NCBI GenBank assembly: GCA_965263035.1
Contig: OZ253580.1
Coordinates: 192,001 to 256,000 of the forward strand
Direction: 5' to 3'
Origin: Acidobacteriota bacterium
GTDB lineage: Bacteria; Acidobacteriota; UBA6911; RPQK01; JAJDTT01
DNA: 64,000 nt
Shown here: piece by piece, positions 28,304 to 39,600 of the stretch
Layout: every line of letters starts with the position of its first letter
Numbering within the stretch: the first letter of the stretch is position 1
Notes under the pieces: model-generated
The model's input: the letters and a program-made list of their open reading frames with translations, nothing else
Told to the model about the DNA's origin: nothing
The model's database searches: none
Program-made: the position numbers and the translations under genes

Positions 28304-29955
28304 AAATCGGCCCCTGCCTCCTGGTCCTCTTCCTGATTTCGTTCAGAGACGGACATCCAGGTACGGAGGCGGAAAGGAGTGTTCCTCGTTTCACCGACCT
28401 GACCCCGGAGGCGGGCATCGATTTCCACCACTACAACGGAGCCCGGGGCGGCTACCACCTGTTGGAAATCATGGGTTCAGGCGCCGCTCTCCTCGATTTC
28501 GACGGAGACGGCTATCTCGACCTGTTCGTCGTAGGCGGCAGCAGAATCCCGCCGGGCGACGCGGAGGAGTCCCGCGCCCGGCTCTACCGGAACCGGCGGG
28601 ACGGCACCTTTCGGGACGCGACCCGGGCCTCGAGTCTGCAGATTCGAACCTACGGGATGGGGGCGGCCGCCGGTGACTACGACAACGACGGCGACCCCGA
28701 CCTCTACGTCACCGGGTATCCCCGGAGCCAACTGTTCCAGAACCAGGGAAACGGCCGGTTTCGGGATGTCTCCCAAGAGGCCGGGGTCGAAAACTCGGGG
28801 CACTGGGGCTCCAGCGCCGGATTTTTCGACTACGACCGGGACGGTCTCCTGGATCTGTTCGTCTGCAACTACGTCGCCTACGATCCCGGCGAGGAGACGC
28901 CCTGTCACACGGCGGGCCGCAGGAATTACTGCCATCCCACGACCTTCGAGACCGATGCCAGCGTGCTGTACCGGAACCAGGGGAACGGCAGGTTCCAGGA
29001 CCGGAGCGAATCCAGTGGCATTGGCCGGGCCAGGGGCAAAGCCCTGGGGGTCGCCTTCACCGATCTGGAGCCGGACGGCTATCCGGATGTCTTCGTGGCC
29101 AACGACACGGTGGCCGATTTCCTCTTTCGGAACAATCGGGACGGCACCTTTCAGGAGGTCGGCTTCGACCAGGGGGTGGCTCTGGACGAGAACGGTCATC
29201 CGCGGGCCGGCATGGGGGTCGACTTCGGCGACTACGACGGAGACGGCCGGATGGATCTCATAGTGACCAACTTCGCCGACGAGGGGAACGCCCTCTTTCG
29301 CCGAGCCGGAACCTATTTCAACGAAGTCACCTACCAGTCGGGCATCCTGGAGAAGAGCTACGTCAAAGTGGGGTTCGGCGCCCGCTTCTTCGATTACGAC
29401 AACGACGGAGACCTGGATGCCTTCGTCGCCAACGGCCACATCGACCCCACCATCAATCAACTGCGGGACTACGTTTTCTTTCGCCAGGAGAACCTCCTGT
29501 ACGAGAATCGGGGAGGGAGTTTCCGGGAGTGCTCCCGGGAGGCCGGTGCCTGGTCCCAGGTCCGGGACCTGAGCCGGGGAGCCGCCTTTGGAGACCTGGA
29601 CAACGACGGAGACGTGGATATCGTGGTGACCAACAACGGCGGTCCGGTGAACCTGTTGCGGAACGACACGGTCAACCGGAACAATTGGCTTCTGATCCGG
29701 CTGGAGGGGGTCGAAAGCAACCGGGACGCACTGGGTGCTCGACTCCGGGTTCAAGTGGCCGGCCGGCAGCTGCACCGAGAGGTCCAACGGGCGGCCAGCT
29801 ACCTCTCCAGTCACGACCCCAGGGTGCACCTGGGACTGGGTGGCTCGGACCTGGCGGAGCTGGTGGAGATCCACTGGCCCTCGGGAATCCTCCAGAGCCT
29901 CCGTAACGTCAAGGCCAATCAGATCCTGACGGTTCGGGAGAAAGCCGTACCTTGA
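28300..29955 (+). CDS. CRTAC1-family protein (FG-GAP repeats + ASPIC/UnbV)
   Basis: Repeated D(Y/F)D.DG..DL(F/Y)V; C-terminal SNRDALGAR, SYLS..D.RVHLGLG. Confidence 0.9.
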   Translation: MKIGPCLLVLFLISFRDGHPGTEAERSVPRFTDLTPEAGIDFHHYNGARGGYHLLEIMGSGAALLDFDGDGYLDLFVVGGSRIPPGDAEESRARLYRNRRDGTFRDATRASSLQIRTYGMGAAAGDYDNDGDPDLYVTGYPRSQLFQNQGNGRFRDVSQEAGVENSGHWGSSAGFFDYDRDGLLDLFVCNYVAYDPGEETPCHTAGRRNYCHPTTFETDASVLYRNQGNGRFQDRSESSGIGRARGKALGVAFTDLEPDGYPDVFVANDTVADFLFRNNRDGTFQEVGFDQGVALDENGHPRAGMGVDFGDYDGDGRMDLIVTNFADEGNALFRRAGTYFNEVTYQSGILEKSYVKVGFGARFFDYDNDGDLDAFVANGHIDPTINQLRDYVFFRQENLLYENRGGSFRECSREAGAWSQVRDLSRGAAFGDLDNDGDVDIVVTNNGGPVNLLRNDTVNRNNWLLIRLEGVESNRDALGARLRVQVAGRQLHREVQRAASYLSSHDPRVHLGLGGSDLAELVEIHWPSGILQSLRNVKANQILTVREKAVP

Positions 29956-29963
29956 GTCGTCCG

Positions 29964-30034
29964 GGAGAGGCGGCTTTCTTGCCGCCGACTCTGGACGTTG
30001 CGCCGGGGAATGGGCGACAAGAAAGTCCCCCTCT
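29964..30034. repeat. Inverted pair of GGAG-type REP elements
   Basis: GGAGAGGCGGCTTTCTTGCCGCC (+) and AGAGGGGGACTTTCTTGTCGCC (-). Confidence 0.7.
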
Positions 30035-30056
30035 AAAAGGGGAAGATGAACCGGCA

Positions 30057-30875
30057 ATGAAGAGGGTGCTCCAAAAAGCAGACCTGGTGGAGTTTCTGCG
30101 GGAAGGGGGCGTGGACCAGACCCGCCTCCTGATGATGCACAGCTCTCTTCACAGTCTGGGCCGCGTCGACGGCGGCGCCGAGACCGTGATCGACGCCGTG
30201 CTGGAGGTCCTGGGAGCGGACGGCACGCTGATGGTGCCCACCTTCAACTACGTTCTGGAGATGGAGGTCTTCGATCCCGCAACCGTACATTCCCAGACCG
30301 GCCTCATCACCAACACCCTGCGCCAGCGCCCGGAAGCGGTGCGAAGCCTCCATCCCACCTATTCGGTGGCCGCCATCGGCCGCCATGCCGACGAGTTCAC
30401 CCGGGAGCACTGGAAGGAGGAATCCGTGGGCATCGGCTCACCCTCTGACCGGATCGCCCGGGCCGGCGGCTTCATCCTGTTGTTGGGGGTCAAACACGAC
30501 ACCGACTCCACCATGCACGTGGGAGAGGCCTACGCCCAAGTCCCCTACCGGGGCGTTCCCTATGATCCCAACTTTCCCCGGAGCGCCCAGGTGCGGACGC
30601 CTTCCGGCGAAGTGGTGAAAGTGGACCTGAACGATGAGCCGGGCTGCAGCACCGGATTCGGCGTCATCGAGATGCCCCTCAGAAAGAAGGGCTTGATCCG
30701 GGACTTCAAGATCGAGGCCGCCAAGTGCCAGTTGGTGAGAGGCCTGGACGTCATCGAAACCACGGTGGAGATCCTCAATGAGCGGTCCGACGCCCTGCTC
30801 TGCGCCAACCCCGGCTGCTATTTCTGCACCCACGCCCGGAAAAAGACGGCACGGCATCCGAGATCGGGGAAATAG
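30057..30875 (+). CDS. AAC(3)/YokD-family N-acetyltransferase
   Basis: MHSSL.SLG.V.GGA, GTLMVPTF, TG.I, RSLHPTYS, T.MHVGE; C-terminal C....C..C. Confidence 0.85.
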   Translation: MKRVLQKADLVEFLREGGVDQTRLLMMHSSLHSLGRVDGGAETVIDAVLEVLGADGTLMVPTFNYVLEMEVFDPATVHSQTGLITNTLRQRPEAVRSLHPTYSVAAIGRHADEFTREHWKEESVGIGSPSDRIARAGGFILLLGVKHDTDSTMHVGEAYAQVPYRGVPYDPNFPRSAQVRTPSGEVVKVDLNDEPGCSTGFGVIEMPLRKKGLIRDFKIEAAKCQLVRGLDVIETTVEILNERSDALLCANPGCYFCTHARKKTARHPRSGK

Positions 30876-30880
30876 CCGGG

Positions 30881-32029
30881 ATGGCGAATCGCGAACCCAT
30901 CCGGCCGAAGATCGTGACCCGTTTTCCGGAGTCCCATCGAAGGACCTTCCTGCAGACACTGGGACTGGCCATGGTTCCGTCCTGGGGTCCACTTCGGGCC
31001 CTTTCCGCTCCACCGCCGATTGAAACTTCTTCAACGAATTGGCTCACGCCGGTGGAGCACTTCTTCGTCCGGAGTCACCTGGGGACTCCCTTGATCGATA
31101 GAGAGGACTGGCGGCTTTCGGTGGAAGGAAATGTCCGCAGGCCCCGGAAATGGACCTGGTCAGAGCTCCGGGGGATGGAACAGAAATCCCGGACCGTCAC
31201 CGTGGAATGCGCCGAAAACCTGCCGGGAGGCCAGTTGGTGGGAAACGCCCGGTGGACCGGCATTCCCCTGGCCCGTCTGCTGGAGGAGGCCGGCGTCGAG
31301 CCCGAGGCCCGTGAGGTGGTCCTGGAGGGGGCCGACCGGGGTCTGGACGAGTTGGAGATGATCCCCGTGACCTATGTGCGAAGCCTGCCTCTGGAGGAAG
31401 CCGTGGCCGCCGGAACGCTGGTGGCACTGGAGATGAACGGCCAGCCCCTGACGCCGGAACACGGCCATCCGGCACGGGCCATTGTCCCCGGCTGGTATGG
31501 GATGGCCCACGTCAAGTGGCTCACCCGGATCCGGGTGGTAGCGGAACCGTTTCGAGGTTTCTACATGTCCAAGCGCTACTTCACGGCCCGGCGCCATCCC
31601 AACACCGGCGAACCGGTCGTGACACCGGTGACGCGCATGGGCATCAAGTCCCAGATTGACTGGCCAAAAGAAGGTGAGACCCTGAGTCCCGGTCCCACCG
31701 TCGTGCGGGGGCGGGCGTGGGCCGGCTGCCGGACCATCGAGAGAGTCGAGGTCAGCAGCGGCGGAGGCAGGTCATGGACCCGGACCCAATTGCAGGACAC
31801 TCGCCCACCCTGCGCCTGGGTCCATTGGTCTCACACCTGGGAGCCTCCCCGGACCGGACCGTACGTGCTACAGGTCCGCGCCTTCGACAGCCGGGGCGAA
31901 ACCCAACCTGCACAGGAAGACCTGGGCCGGATCAACCGTTACGACAACCGGTGGATCCACACGGTCCGTTGTGCGATCAGGCGCCCGGTCTCCGCGGCAA
32001 CACTGATTCCTTTCGGAGCGCAGCAGTGA
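30881..32029 (+). CDS. Sulfite-oxidase-family molybdoenzyme, Tat-exported
   Basis: RRTFL; FFVRSH, VECAEN (Mo-ligand Cys), MNG.PL...HG.P.R..VPGWYG...VKWL. Confidence 0.88.
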   Translation: MANREPIRPKIVTRFPESHRRTFLQTLGLAMVPSWGPLRALSAPPPIETSSTNWLTPVEHFFVRSHLGTPLIDREDWRLSVEGNVRRPRKWTWSELRGMEQKSRTVTVECAENLPGGQLVGNARWTGIPLARLLEEAGVEPEAREVVLEGADRGLDELEMIPVTYVRSLPLEEAVAAGTLVALEMNGQPLTPEHGHPARAIVPGWYGMAHVKWLTRIRVVAEPFRGFYMSKRYFTARRHPNTGEPVVTPVTRMGIKSQIDWPKEGETLSPGPTVVRGRAWAGCRTIERVEVSSGGGRSWTRTQLQDTRPPCAWVHWSHTWEPPRTGPYVLQVRAFDSRGETQPAQEDLGRINRYDNRWIHTVRCAIRRPVSAATLIPFGAQQ

Positions 32030-32040
32030 GGCAGCGCTCG

Positions 32041-33738
32041 ATGGTGTCCATCCGGCTGGCCTCGGCCTTGCGCCCGCTTCTACCGGCAGCCGTCCTGGCG
32101 CTGACACCGGTTTGGATCCACCCGGGCCGAATCACCTTCGTGGACCGGGCCACCCAGGCAGGCATCACCCTGAAAGACCTTTCGGGCGGACCCAGGAAAG
32201 ATGCCCTGCTGGAGACGTTGGGACATGGGGCCGCCTGGTTCGACTACGACGGAGACGGCTGGGTGGATCTGTACCTGGCCAACGGTTCCACGCTGGACAA
32301 GATCCGGGGACGGGACCCGGAGCCGCCCCCCGGAGGCGCGCTCTATCGGAACCGTGGCGACGGGACCTTCGAGGATGTGACCCGCCGGGCCGGTGTCGAC
32401 GGCGGCGACCTGTGGGCCATGGGGGCCGTGGCCGCCGACATCGACAACGACGGGGATCCGGATCTGTTCGTCACCGGCTACGGCCGGAATCTCCTCTTCC
32501 GAAACCAGGGGGATGGGACCTTCGTGGAGATCTCGCGGGAAGCGGGAGTCACGGGCGGCGGCTGGTCCGCCGGCGCCGCCTTCGGGGACTACGATCGCGA
32601 CGGGTTCCTGGATCTCTACGTAGCCCGCTACGTGGAGTTCTCCCCGGAGAACTACCCCACCGAGTGCCTCTTTTCCGGTCTGCGGGTGACTTGCGGACCC
32701 CGACGCTATGCCGGGAGCCCTGACCTGCTCTACCGCAACAACGGGGACGGCACCTTCCAGGACGTCTCGATCGCTGCGGGCATCCGCCGCGGCGAGCCGT
32801 ACAATGGCCTCGGCGTCCTCTTCCTGGACTACGACAACGACGGCCTCCAGGACATCTACGTCGCCAACGACGCCACTCCCGCCAACCTCTGGCGGAACAA
32901 CGGCGACGGCAGCTTCACCGATAACGCCGTTCTGGCCGGCTGCGCCTTCAGTGAGGATGGGCGGGAACAGGCCCGGATGGGCGTCGACGCCGGCGACTTC
33001 GACCACAGCGGGCATCTGTCCCTCTTCACCACGAACTTCTCGGGAGACGTCAACACTCTGTTCAAGGCGAATCGCGACGGGACCTTCTCGGACCAGACGG
33101 GACCCCTGGGACTGGGTGCGCCAAGTCTGCTTCATCTGGGCTGGGGCGCCGGGTTCATCGACTACGACAACGACACCTGGCTGGACCTGTTCATGGTCAA
33201 CGGCCACCTCTACCCCGAAGCGAAACGGCTCGACTACAAATACCTCCAGTCCAAGCTCCTGTTCAGGAACACGGGAGCCGGCCAATTCATTGAGGTTACC
33301 GGGGAAGCAGGCACGGCACTGACACGTCCGAACGGCGGGCGCGGAGCCGCCTTCGCCGACTACGACAACGACGGCGATCTGGACGTGGTGGTGACCAATA
33401 TCGACGGGCTACCCGAGTTGTTGGAAAATCAGGGGGGCAACCGCGGGAATTTCCTCTCCCTCCGTCTGGTGGGGACTCGAAGCAACCGGGACGGCGTCGG
33501 AGCTCGGATCCGGGTCCGCACCGGGGACACCCTCCAGATGAGGGAGGTCCGTAGCGGAGGCAGCTTCATGTCCCACAACGACCTCCGGACGCACTTCGGA
33601 CTGGGAGACGCCCCTGCTGCCCAGGTGACGATCCGCTGGCCCGACGGCCGGTTCCAGGAGCTCTCCAATTTGGAGGCCAACCACTTCTACACGATCCGGG
33701 AATCAGAAGGAGTGATCCGGAAAAGCCCGAGGAGATGA
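32041..33738 (+). CDS. CRTAC1-family protein (FG-GAP repeats + ASPIC/UnbV)
   Basis: Repeated DYD.DG..D motifs; SNRDGVGAR, SFMS.ND.R.HFGLG. Confidence 0.9.
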   Translation: MVSIRLASALRPLLPAAVLALTPVWIHPGRITFVDRATQAGITLKDLSGGPRKDALLETLGHGAAWFDYDGDGWVDLYLANGSTLDKIRGRDPEPPPGGALYRNRGDGTFEDVTRRAGVDGGDLWAMGAVAADIDNDGDPDLFVTGYGRNLLFRNQGDGTFVEISREAGVTGGGWSAGAAFGDYDRDGFLDLYVARYVEFSPENYPTECLFSGLRVTCGPRRYAGSPDLLYRNNGDGTFQDVSIAAGIRRGEPYNGLGVLFLDYDNDGLQDIYVANDATPANLWRNNGDGSFTDNAVLAGCAFSEDGREQARMGVDAGDFDHSGHLSLFTTNFSGDVNTLFKANRDGTFSDQTGPLGLGAPSLLHLGWGAGFIDYDNDTWLDLFMVNGHLYPEAKRLDYKYLQSKLLFRNTGAGQFIEVTGEAGTALTRPNGGRGAAFADYDNDGDLDVVVTNIDGLPELLENQGGNRGNFLSLRLVGTRSNRDGVGARIRVRTGDTLQMREVRSGGSFMSHNDLRTHFGLGDAPAAQVTIRWPDGRFQELSNLEANHFYTIRESEGVIRKSPRR

Positions 33739-35285
33739 TCCGATTGGGTCCTGAGCAGATTCGCGGCCGAAACAGATTCCGGTCCCTGAGGGCCTTGACC
33801 CTCTGCTCGGCGATCACTCTGGGAGTCCTGGGAACTGCGGGCCTCGGCCAGACGAAGGAGGAGAGGCTGGCCGAGGTGTATTCCCGTCTACGCTCCGAGT
33901 CCTACGCCCAGGCGGCCCGATCCTTGGAGGCCCTGGTTCAGATGGCCCCGTCCGACGCTGCGCTGCAGAATCTTCTGGGCACTACCCGGGAGAGAGCGGG
34001 AGAACCGGCCAGAGCCCCCTCCTGCTACTTGCGCGCATTGCAACTGCGCCCCAATTGGTCCACCGCGCGTCTGAACCTGGCCCTCAGCTATCTCCGCTTG
34101 GGACAGCGCTCGGCCGCCGCCGGGCAGTTCGCCCGTCTGGTCCGGTCCACCGCGCCGGCCACACCTGCCCTGAGCTTCTACCATCAGGCGCCCATCGGCG
34201 ACGAAGTGGAGCAGTTCGCCCTGACCCTGGGGTCGGAACAGCACGAGTACCTTTCATTGGGGGGAGTCTTCCTGGTCCACGAGCTTCCTGAAGCCGCGTC
34301 GGTGGTTTTCTCCGCCGGCGTCCAGGCCAATCCCGACTCTCCTCTGCTGCAGGACGCCCTGGGACGCACCTACCTCAAGATGAAACGCTTCCGGGAGGCG
34401 GAAACGGCCTTCGCCCGGACCCTGGAGCTGGAGCCGGACGCCGAGGGCTCCTGCCTTCACCTGGGATATGCCCAAGCCTCCCAGGGCGGAGTCGAACCCG
34501 CCCGGAAAACCTACGCCGAGTGCGTCCGTCAGGACCCGGATGACTACGCCGGTCACTACTTCCTGGGCTCGACGCTGTTGGATCTGGACCGGCCCCAAGA
34601 GGCCATCTCCGAGTTGGAAGAGGCGCTACGGCTCAACCCCCGTTCGGTCAACTCCCGCCTCTTGCTGGGAAAGGCGTACGCCGCCGCCGGGAGAGAATCG
34701 GAAGCCCTGGCCGCGTTTCTGCCGGTCGTGGATCGGGAGCCGGACCACGAGGCGGCCCTGTTTCATCTGGGGACTTTGCACCGGAAGATAGGTCAGTTGG
34801 AGAAAGCCCGGAAATTCCTGGTCCGCTTCCAAAAGGTCAAGGCGTTCGAGCGGCAAAGGTCGCGGCGGGCCCTCCTGCCCGGGTCGGACCGGGTCGACCC
34901 CAGAGAGAGCTCCGAGGTGGCCCGGGCAGTGAATCGATTTTACCTCCGTTACAAGGAGGCCCTGTTGGAGGGAAGGTACGGGGAGATCTGGGATCTGCTG
35001 ACGCCGTCTTCGCAAGCTCTCTACGGGGACTTTCGGAGCTTCCGGACTACTGCTTCATCCGTCTTTGGCAACAGCCAGATGCGGCAACGGATCGCGGCCA
35101 GCCGGATCCGGGACGGCAACACCCTGCGCAAGCGGATCTTCTGCCGGCTGGTCACGGCGTGGGGCGAGCCCCTCCCGCTCCTGGTCCTGGTGCGCCAGGG
35201 AGACGAACTGAAGATCGACTATGACTTCGATTTGAGCCTGGCGGGGGTTCGCACTCTCGGAGGCCGGTCCTCAACCGCGCAGTAA
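33735..35285 (+). CDS. Secreted tetratricopeptide-repeat protein
   Basis: Hydrophobic N-terminus; many TPR units (NLLG, NLAL, ALGRTY, YFLG, LLGKAY). Confidence 0.8.
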   Translation: MIRLGPEQIRGRNRFRSLRALTLCSAITLGVLGTAGLGQTKEERLAEVYSRLRSESYAQAARSLEALVQMAPSDAALQNLLGTTRERAGEPARAPSCYLRALQLRPNWSTARLNLALSYLRLGQRSAAAGQFARLVRSTAPATPALSFYHQAPIGDEVEQFALTLGSEQHEYLSLGGVFLVHELPEAASVVFSAGVQANPDSPLLQDALGRTYLKMKRFREAETAFARTLELEPDAEGSCLHLGYAQASQGGVEPARKTYAECVRQDPDDYAGHYFLGSTLLDLDRPQEAISELEEALRLNPRSVNSRLLLGKAYAAAGRESEALAAFLPVVDREPDHEAALFHLGTLHRKIGQLEKARKFLVRFQKVKAFERQRSRRALLPGSDRVDPRESSEVARAVNRFYLRYKEALLEGRYGEIWDLLTPSSQALYGDFRSFRTTASSVFGNSQMRQRIAASRIRDGNTLRKRIFCRLVTAWGEPLPLLVLVRQGDELKIDYDFDLSLAGVRTLGGRSSTAQ

Positions 35286-35300
35286 CAACGGATATCCCGA

Positions 35301-36539
35301 TCAGGGGATACGGAAGATCACCTTCTTCAGATGCGTGGAATACTGGGCTCGGAGGCTCTCGTACCGCTCCCGGTGGCGGGAAGCCGCTTCCGGTTCGTTC
35401 AGACGAGTGTAGACCTGGGCCAGCTTGAAATGGGCGGCCGCGTGTTTGGAGTCCAAGGTAAGGACTCGTTTTAACAGGAGTTCCGCTTCCCGATAGTCGT
35501 TCCGGAGCCAAAGGATCCGGGCACGGTAGAAGAGCGCCTCGATCCGCTCCGGGTCTGCTTTGAGGACACTTCCAAAGGGCTTCCAGGCGGCTTCCGGTGA
35601 CCCGCTCTTGTAGAGGTTGACCCCATAGCGGTGGGTGGCCTCCAGGTGGTCCGGTCTTCGTTCCAGGACGTTTTCCAACTGGCGGACGGCCTCGCGGTGA
35701 CGGCCCTGCATCTCGTATCCGATCCCCAACAGGTAATACGGCTCCGCTCGGTCCGGATTGGTTTTGATCGCCTCCTCCAACAGCGGGACGCCTTTGGCGA
35801 GACGGCTTGAGGTGAGGTAGCCGTAACCCAGCGATTGGAGCAGTTGCCCGTCGCGAATGCCCAGCTCCAGGGCCCGCTCCAGATGCGGGAGGGCCTCCTC
35901 CGACTGTCCCTGCTGCAGGAGAAACAGGCCCAAGATCCTGAGGCCGGCCCCATTGTCCCTGGCCAGCTCTGCGACCTGTCGGGAGCGTTTCAAACCTTGC
36001 TCCGTCTGGCCGTTCCGGAAATGGATCTCGGAGAGCAGACGCAGCAGTTCCGGATCGCCGGGAGCAGACCTCTCGGCTCTCAGAGCCGCCCTCAGAGACT
36101 CCTGTGGATCGTCCCGGGCCAAAAGGACTCGGGCACGCCCCGCCCAGGCCGCTGAATGATTCGGGTCCAACTTCAGAACCCGATCGAACCGGGCCATTGC
36201 CTGACGGTGATTCCCCAAGGAGAACAGGGCGTACCCCAGGTTGCTTCCGGCCGCCACATGGTCCGGGTTCAGGGCCAGCGCCCTCTCGAAGCTCCGGACG
36301 GCCTCCTGCACCCGTCCCTGTCGCCGAAAGATGATCCCCCACAAATTCAGGGCGGCCGGCCAGCGGGGAACCGCCGCCAAGGCCCGGCGCACTTCCGCCT
36401 CCGCCCGGGAGAGTTCCCCCTGGTCCAACCACTCACTGGCTTGACGGTAGTGATGAGCGGGGTCCCCCTGATCTTGAAACCCCAGACTGGGACCGGCGAG
36501 GAGGAGGAACAGAACTGGCGGGAAAAACGGACACGGCAC
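35301..36539 (-). CDS. Secreted tetratricopeptide-repeat protein
   Basis: Signal peptide then TPR units; GTG start after AGGAG (start uncertain). Confidence 0.8.
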   Translation of the reverse strand: MPCPFFPPVLFLLLAGPSLGFQDQGDPAHHYRQASEWLDQGELSRAEAEVRRALAAVPRWPAALNLWGIIFRRQGRVQEAVRSFERALALNPDHVAAGSNLGYALFSLGNHRQAMARFDRVLKLDPNHSAAWAGRARVLLARDDPQESLRAALRAERSAPGDPELLRLLSEIHFRNGQTEQGLKRSRQVAELARDNGAGLRILGLFLLQQGQSEEALPHLERALELGIRDGQLLQSLGYGYLTSSRLAKGVPLLEEAIKTNPDRAEPYYLLGIGYEMQGRHREAVRQLENVLERRPDHLEATHRYGVNLYKSGSPEAAWKPFGSVLKADPERIEALFYRARILWLRNDYREAELLLKRVLTLDSKHAAAHFKLAQVYTRLNEPEAASRHRERYESLRAQYSTHLKKVIFRIP

Positions 36540-36585
36540 GGTCGATGCTGCTCTCCTATTCACCGAAAGCCGTGGCTGCAACGGC

Positions 36586-36620
36586 AAAAGCAAAAGGGGC
36601 GGGAGTCGCCTCCCGCCCCT
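36586..36620 (-). terminator. Rho-independent terminator after the TonB receptor gene
   Basis: Minus-strand GGGGCGGGAG-GCGA-CTCCCGCCCC followed by TTTTGCTTTT. Confidence 0.75.
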
Positions 36621-36673
36621 CTTCGTTTAACGAATCGTTCCGCAAGGCTGTCCGGGACAGCCTTGACGACGAA

Positions 36674-39600
36674 CTAGAACATCCACTTGACGCTCATCAT
36701 GATTCGTCTCGGCCAAGTGACGTCCGACCCGACCGCCCGAAACTTCCGCTGGTGGGGCTGGTGTTGGCCGCACCGAAGCTGGCGTGGTTGAGGGCATTCA
36801 GGAACTGGGCCTGGAAACGGATCCTGTGATCGTCGTTGATGTAGGTGTCCTTGATGACACTCACGTCCCAGAAATCGATGAAATCGGACCGCAACTGGGC
36901 GAACCGCAACGGAAAGGTCCGCTTGTGGGTGCCTTCCGGCGCTTCACTGGGATTGCGCACGAAGCCGGCATTGGTGTTGAACCACTTCTCCACCGTCTTC
37001 CCCCCGCCGGAAAGACGGTCGGGGCTGAAGCTATCGGTGGTGAAGACATTGCCGAAATTCAGCGGGAAGCCACTCTGGAGCTGCCACACCGCCGAGACCT
37101 GCCAACCTCCGAGCAGGCTGTTCTTCCCCCAGGGCAACTGGTAAATGCCGCTCAACTTGAAGTTGTGGGGCCGATCGGCGCGGGCCACAACCTCGAAGGG
37201 AACCGCATCGCTGGAATTCAGGAACTGGACCGCCTCATGGAACCGGGACCAAGTGTAGCCGAGGCTGTAGCTGAAGCCGCCGGCGAGGCGCCGCTCAAGA
37301 CGGCTCTCGAAGGCGTGGTACCAGGAATAGCCCTGGTTGGTCTGATTCAGGGATACGCCCGTGAACTGGGGATAGGGCAGCAGCAGCTGTCTTCGAGAGA
37401 CAGTGTTGGTGTTGAGACCCGTCCCTGGCAGCAGGCCAGCGAACGGATTCGGCACCGCCGTGTTCAGGTAGGCGTGATTGTCGTTGTTCCGGACGTTGGC
37501 TGAGCTCAGGTACCGTTCCGGCAGGACGTTCAGGTTCCGGCCGCCGATGATGCGCACACCGCGTGTCCCAATGTAACCCAACTCGAGAAGGGTGCTGCCC
37601 AGCATATGCTGGACCGTGAGCGACCAGCGCTGGTTGTAGGGCACCTTCAGGTTATTCTCGTTGAAGAAACTGACGCTCTGGCCCAGGTTCGTCGCCAGTC
37701 CCCGGGCGTTGCCGATGGGGCTGAGGATCCCGTCCGGGAACGGATTGGCGAAGTCGGCCACGAAGGTCTGGCCATTGTCGAATGTCGGTACCAAGTCCGT
37801 GGTCTGACTGTATCCGGTCAGAATGGGGGACACGCTGTTCCCCAGGATCCCGATAGGCTGATGGAAGATACCGTAGCCGCCCCGGATCACCGTATCCTCG
37901 CCGAGGCGGTACGCAAAGCCGAAACGGGGCGCGAAGATGTTCGAGGGGACGTCGTAAAGAGCCCGCGGTGTATCTCCGACGCCGGCGTAGGTGATCCCGC
38001 CGTTCACCGCAAAGGCGCCGGCGGCGATGTCAGGAATGGGGTTCATGGCATAGGCGGCCTGCGCCGCCGCCGCAACCGGGCTGGCCGTGTCGAACGCGAA
38101 GCCGGCCACGCTCCGGTCGAAGCGCTCCGTGAGCGGAGCGAAGTACTCCCAGCGGATCCCGAAGTTGAAGGTCAATTCCGGAGTCGCCTTCCAGTTGTCC
38201 TGGATGAACCATGCGTAATAGTTGTGATGGGCGGCGTAGTTGTCGTTCCGGTTGATGAAGCCGGTAGAGGGCTGTCCCAACAGGAAGGACGCAAACCCCT
38301 GACCCTGGGCGCTGGGCGAGGTGTTGAGTGGGCCGTTGGTGTAGGTCGACCGGAACCGATAGACCGGGTTGGACCAGCGCTGATCGTTCCGGTTCAGATA
38401 GTTGGAGCGCGCCTCCACACCGAGCTTGATGTTGTGATTCCCCTCGTGGATGTCGGTGGCCGCCTCACCGAAGACATAGGTGGAGAAATCGAAGTTGTTC
38501 CGGGTCTCGTCGTGGATCCCGCTGAAGCTTTCGATCTGGACGTGGGGCAGCGCCGACTGGTCCGGATCGAGCTGGGCCTTGAGCGAATCGGCCAAGGGCA
38601 GCGAGAAGATGTCGAAGGGCTCGCCCCGCGGATGCAGCTTGTGGCTCTTGTGCACGCGCGGATCGGTCCCCCGATTGTAACCGCCGCGGAAATTGAGGAT
38701 GACGTTGGGATTGACGGTCCAGACATCGTCCACGCCGAAGGTCTCGCGAATAACGGACTCGTGGAAGCCGGTGGCGCCGTTGCCGTAGTAGTCCCGCCAT
38801 TCCCCCGCCCAGTTGTCCAGCTTGGTCAAGCTGCCGAAGATCCGGTTGGAGGGACCGAAGGTGTGATCGACTCGTAGGAACCACTGCTCCCACTGGGTGG
38901 GCGAGGCGGTGCTGGGCTCGAAGTTGCCGGTAGAGTCGCTGCCGCCCGCAAGATTGGGTTCCGGGTAGTAGGACATGAGCTGCTGGGAGATGGGGTGGAT
39001 CCGGCTGGCGGGGATCACGTTGTTGGGAAAGGGCATCCGGGAGAAGAACCTGTCTCCGGTGGCCTGAATGGTGGACGGATCGTAGATCTGGTACTCGGGC
39101 CCCAAGGCCAGGAGAGCCGAGAAGTCCCCCCCCTTCATGGCCCCGGTCGGCACCGTCCGGGCACCGTAGAACTCCAAGGTCTGCTGGAAGGTGCGCTCCC
39201 AGTTGAAGGCGACGTGGGTCTGGTCCTTGAAGATAGGCCCGTTGATGCCACCTCCGGTGCGCCGGTATTTCGTGTCCGCCTTGGGGGAACCGGCCCGGTT
39301 CTGGAAGAAGGCATTGGCGGCCCAGGCGCTCTGGCGGAAGAAACCGTAAACGGATCCATGCCAGTCGTTGGTCCCCGACTTCAGGGTGACGTCCATGGTG
39401 GTGCCGTTGTGGTGTCCCCGGGCGGCCGTGTAGTCGTGGGAGATCTTGATCTCCTTGACCGCCTCGGCCGGGGGCGCCGTCTGGGCCTGCTGGGCTCCAC
39501 CGAAAACGGTGCCCACGTTGTTGATGCCGTTCAGGGTGAAACCCACGGCGTTGCCCTGGCTTCCATGGAAATAGAACCCGGTGGTGATGGACCACCCGGG

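Noticed and set aside
30057-30875. Aminoglycoside resistance gene
   Set aside because: AAC(3) fold is clear, but it is embedded in a metabolic operon with no mobile context; substrate unknown
28300-33738. Recurring GACTACGACAACGACGG-like nucleotide repeats
   Set aside because: They encode the FG-GAP calcium-binding repeats of the CRTAC1 proteins
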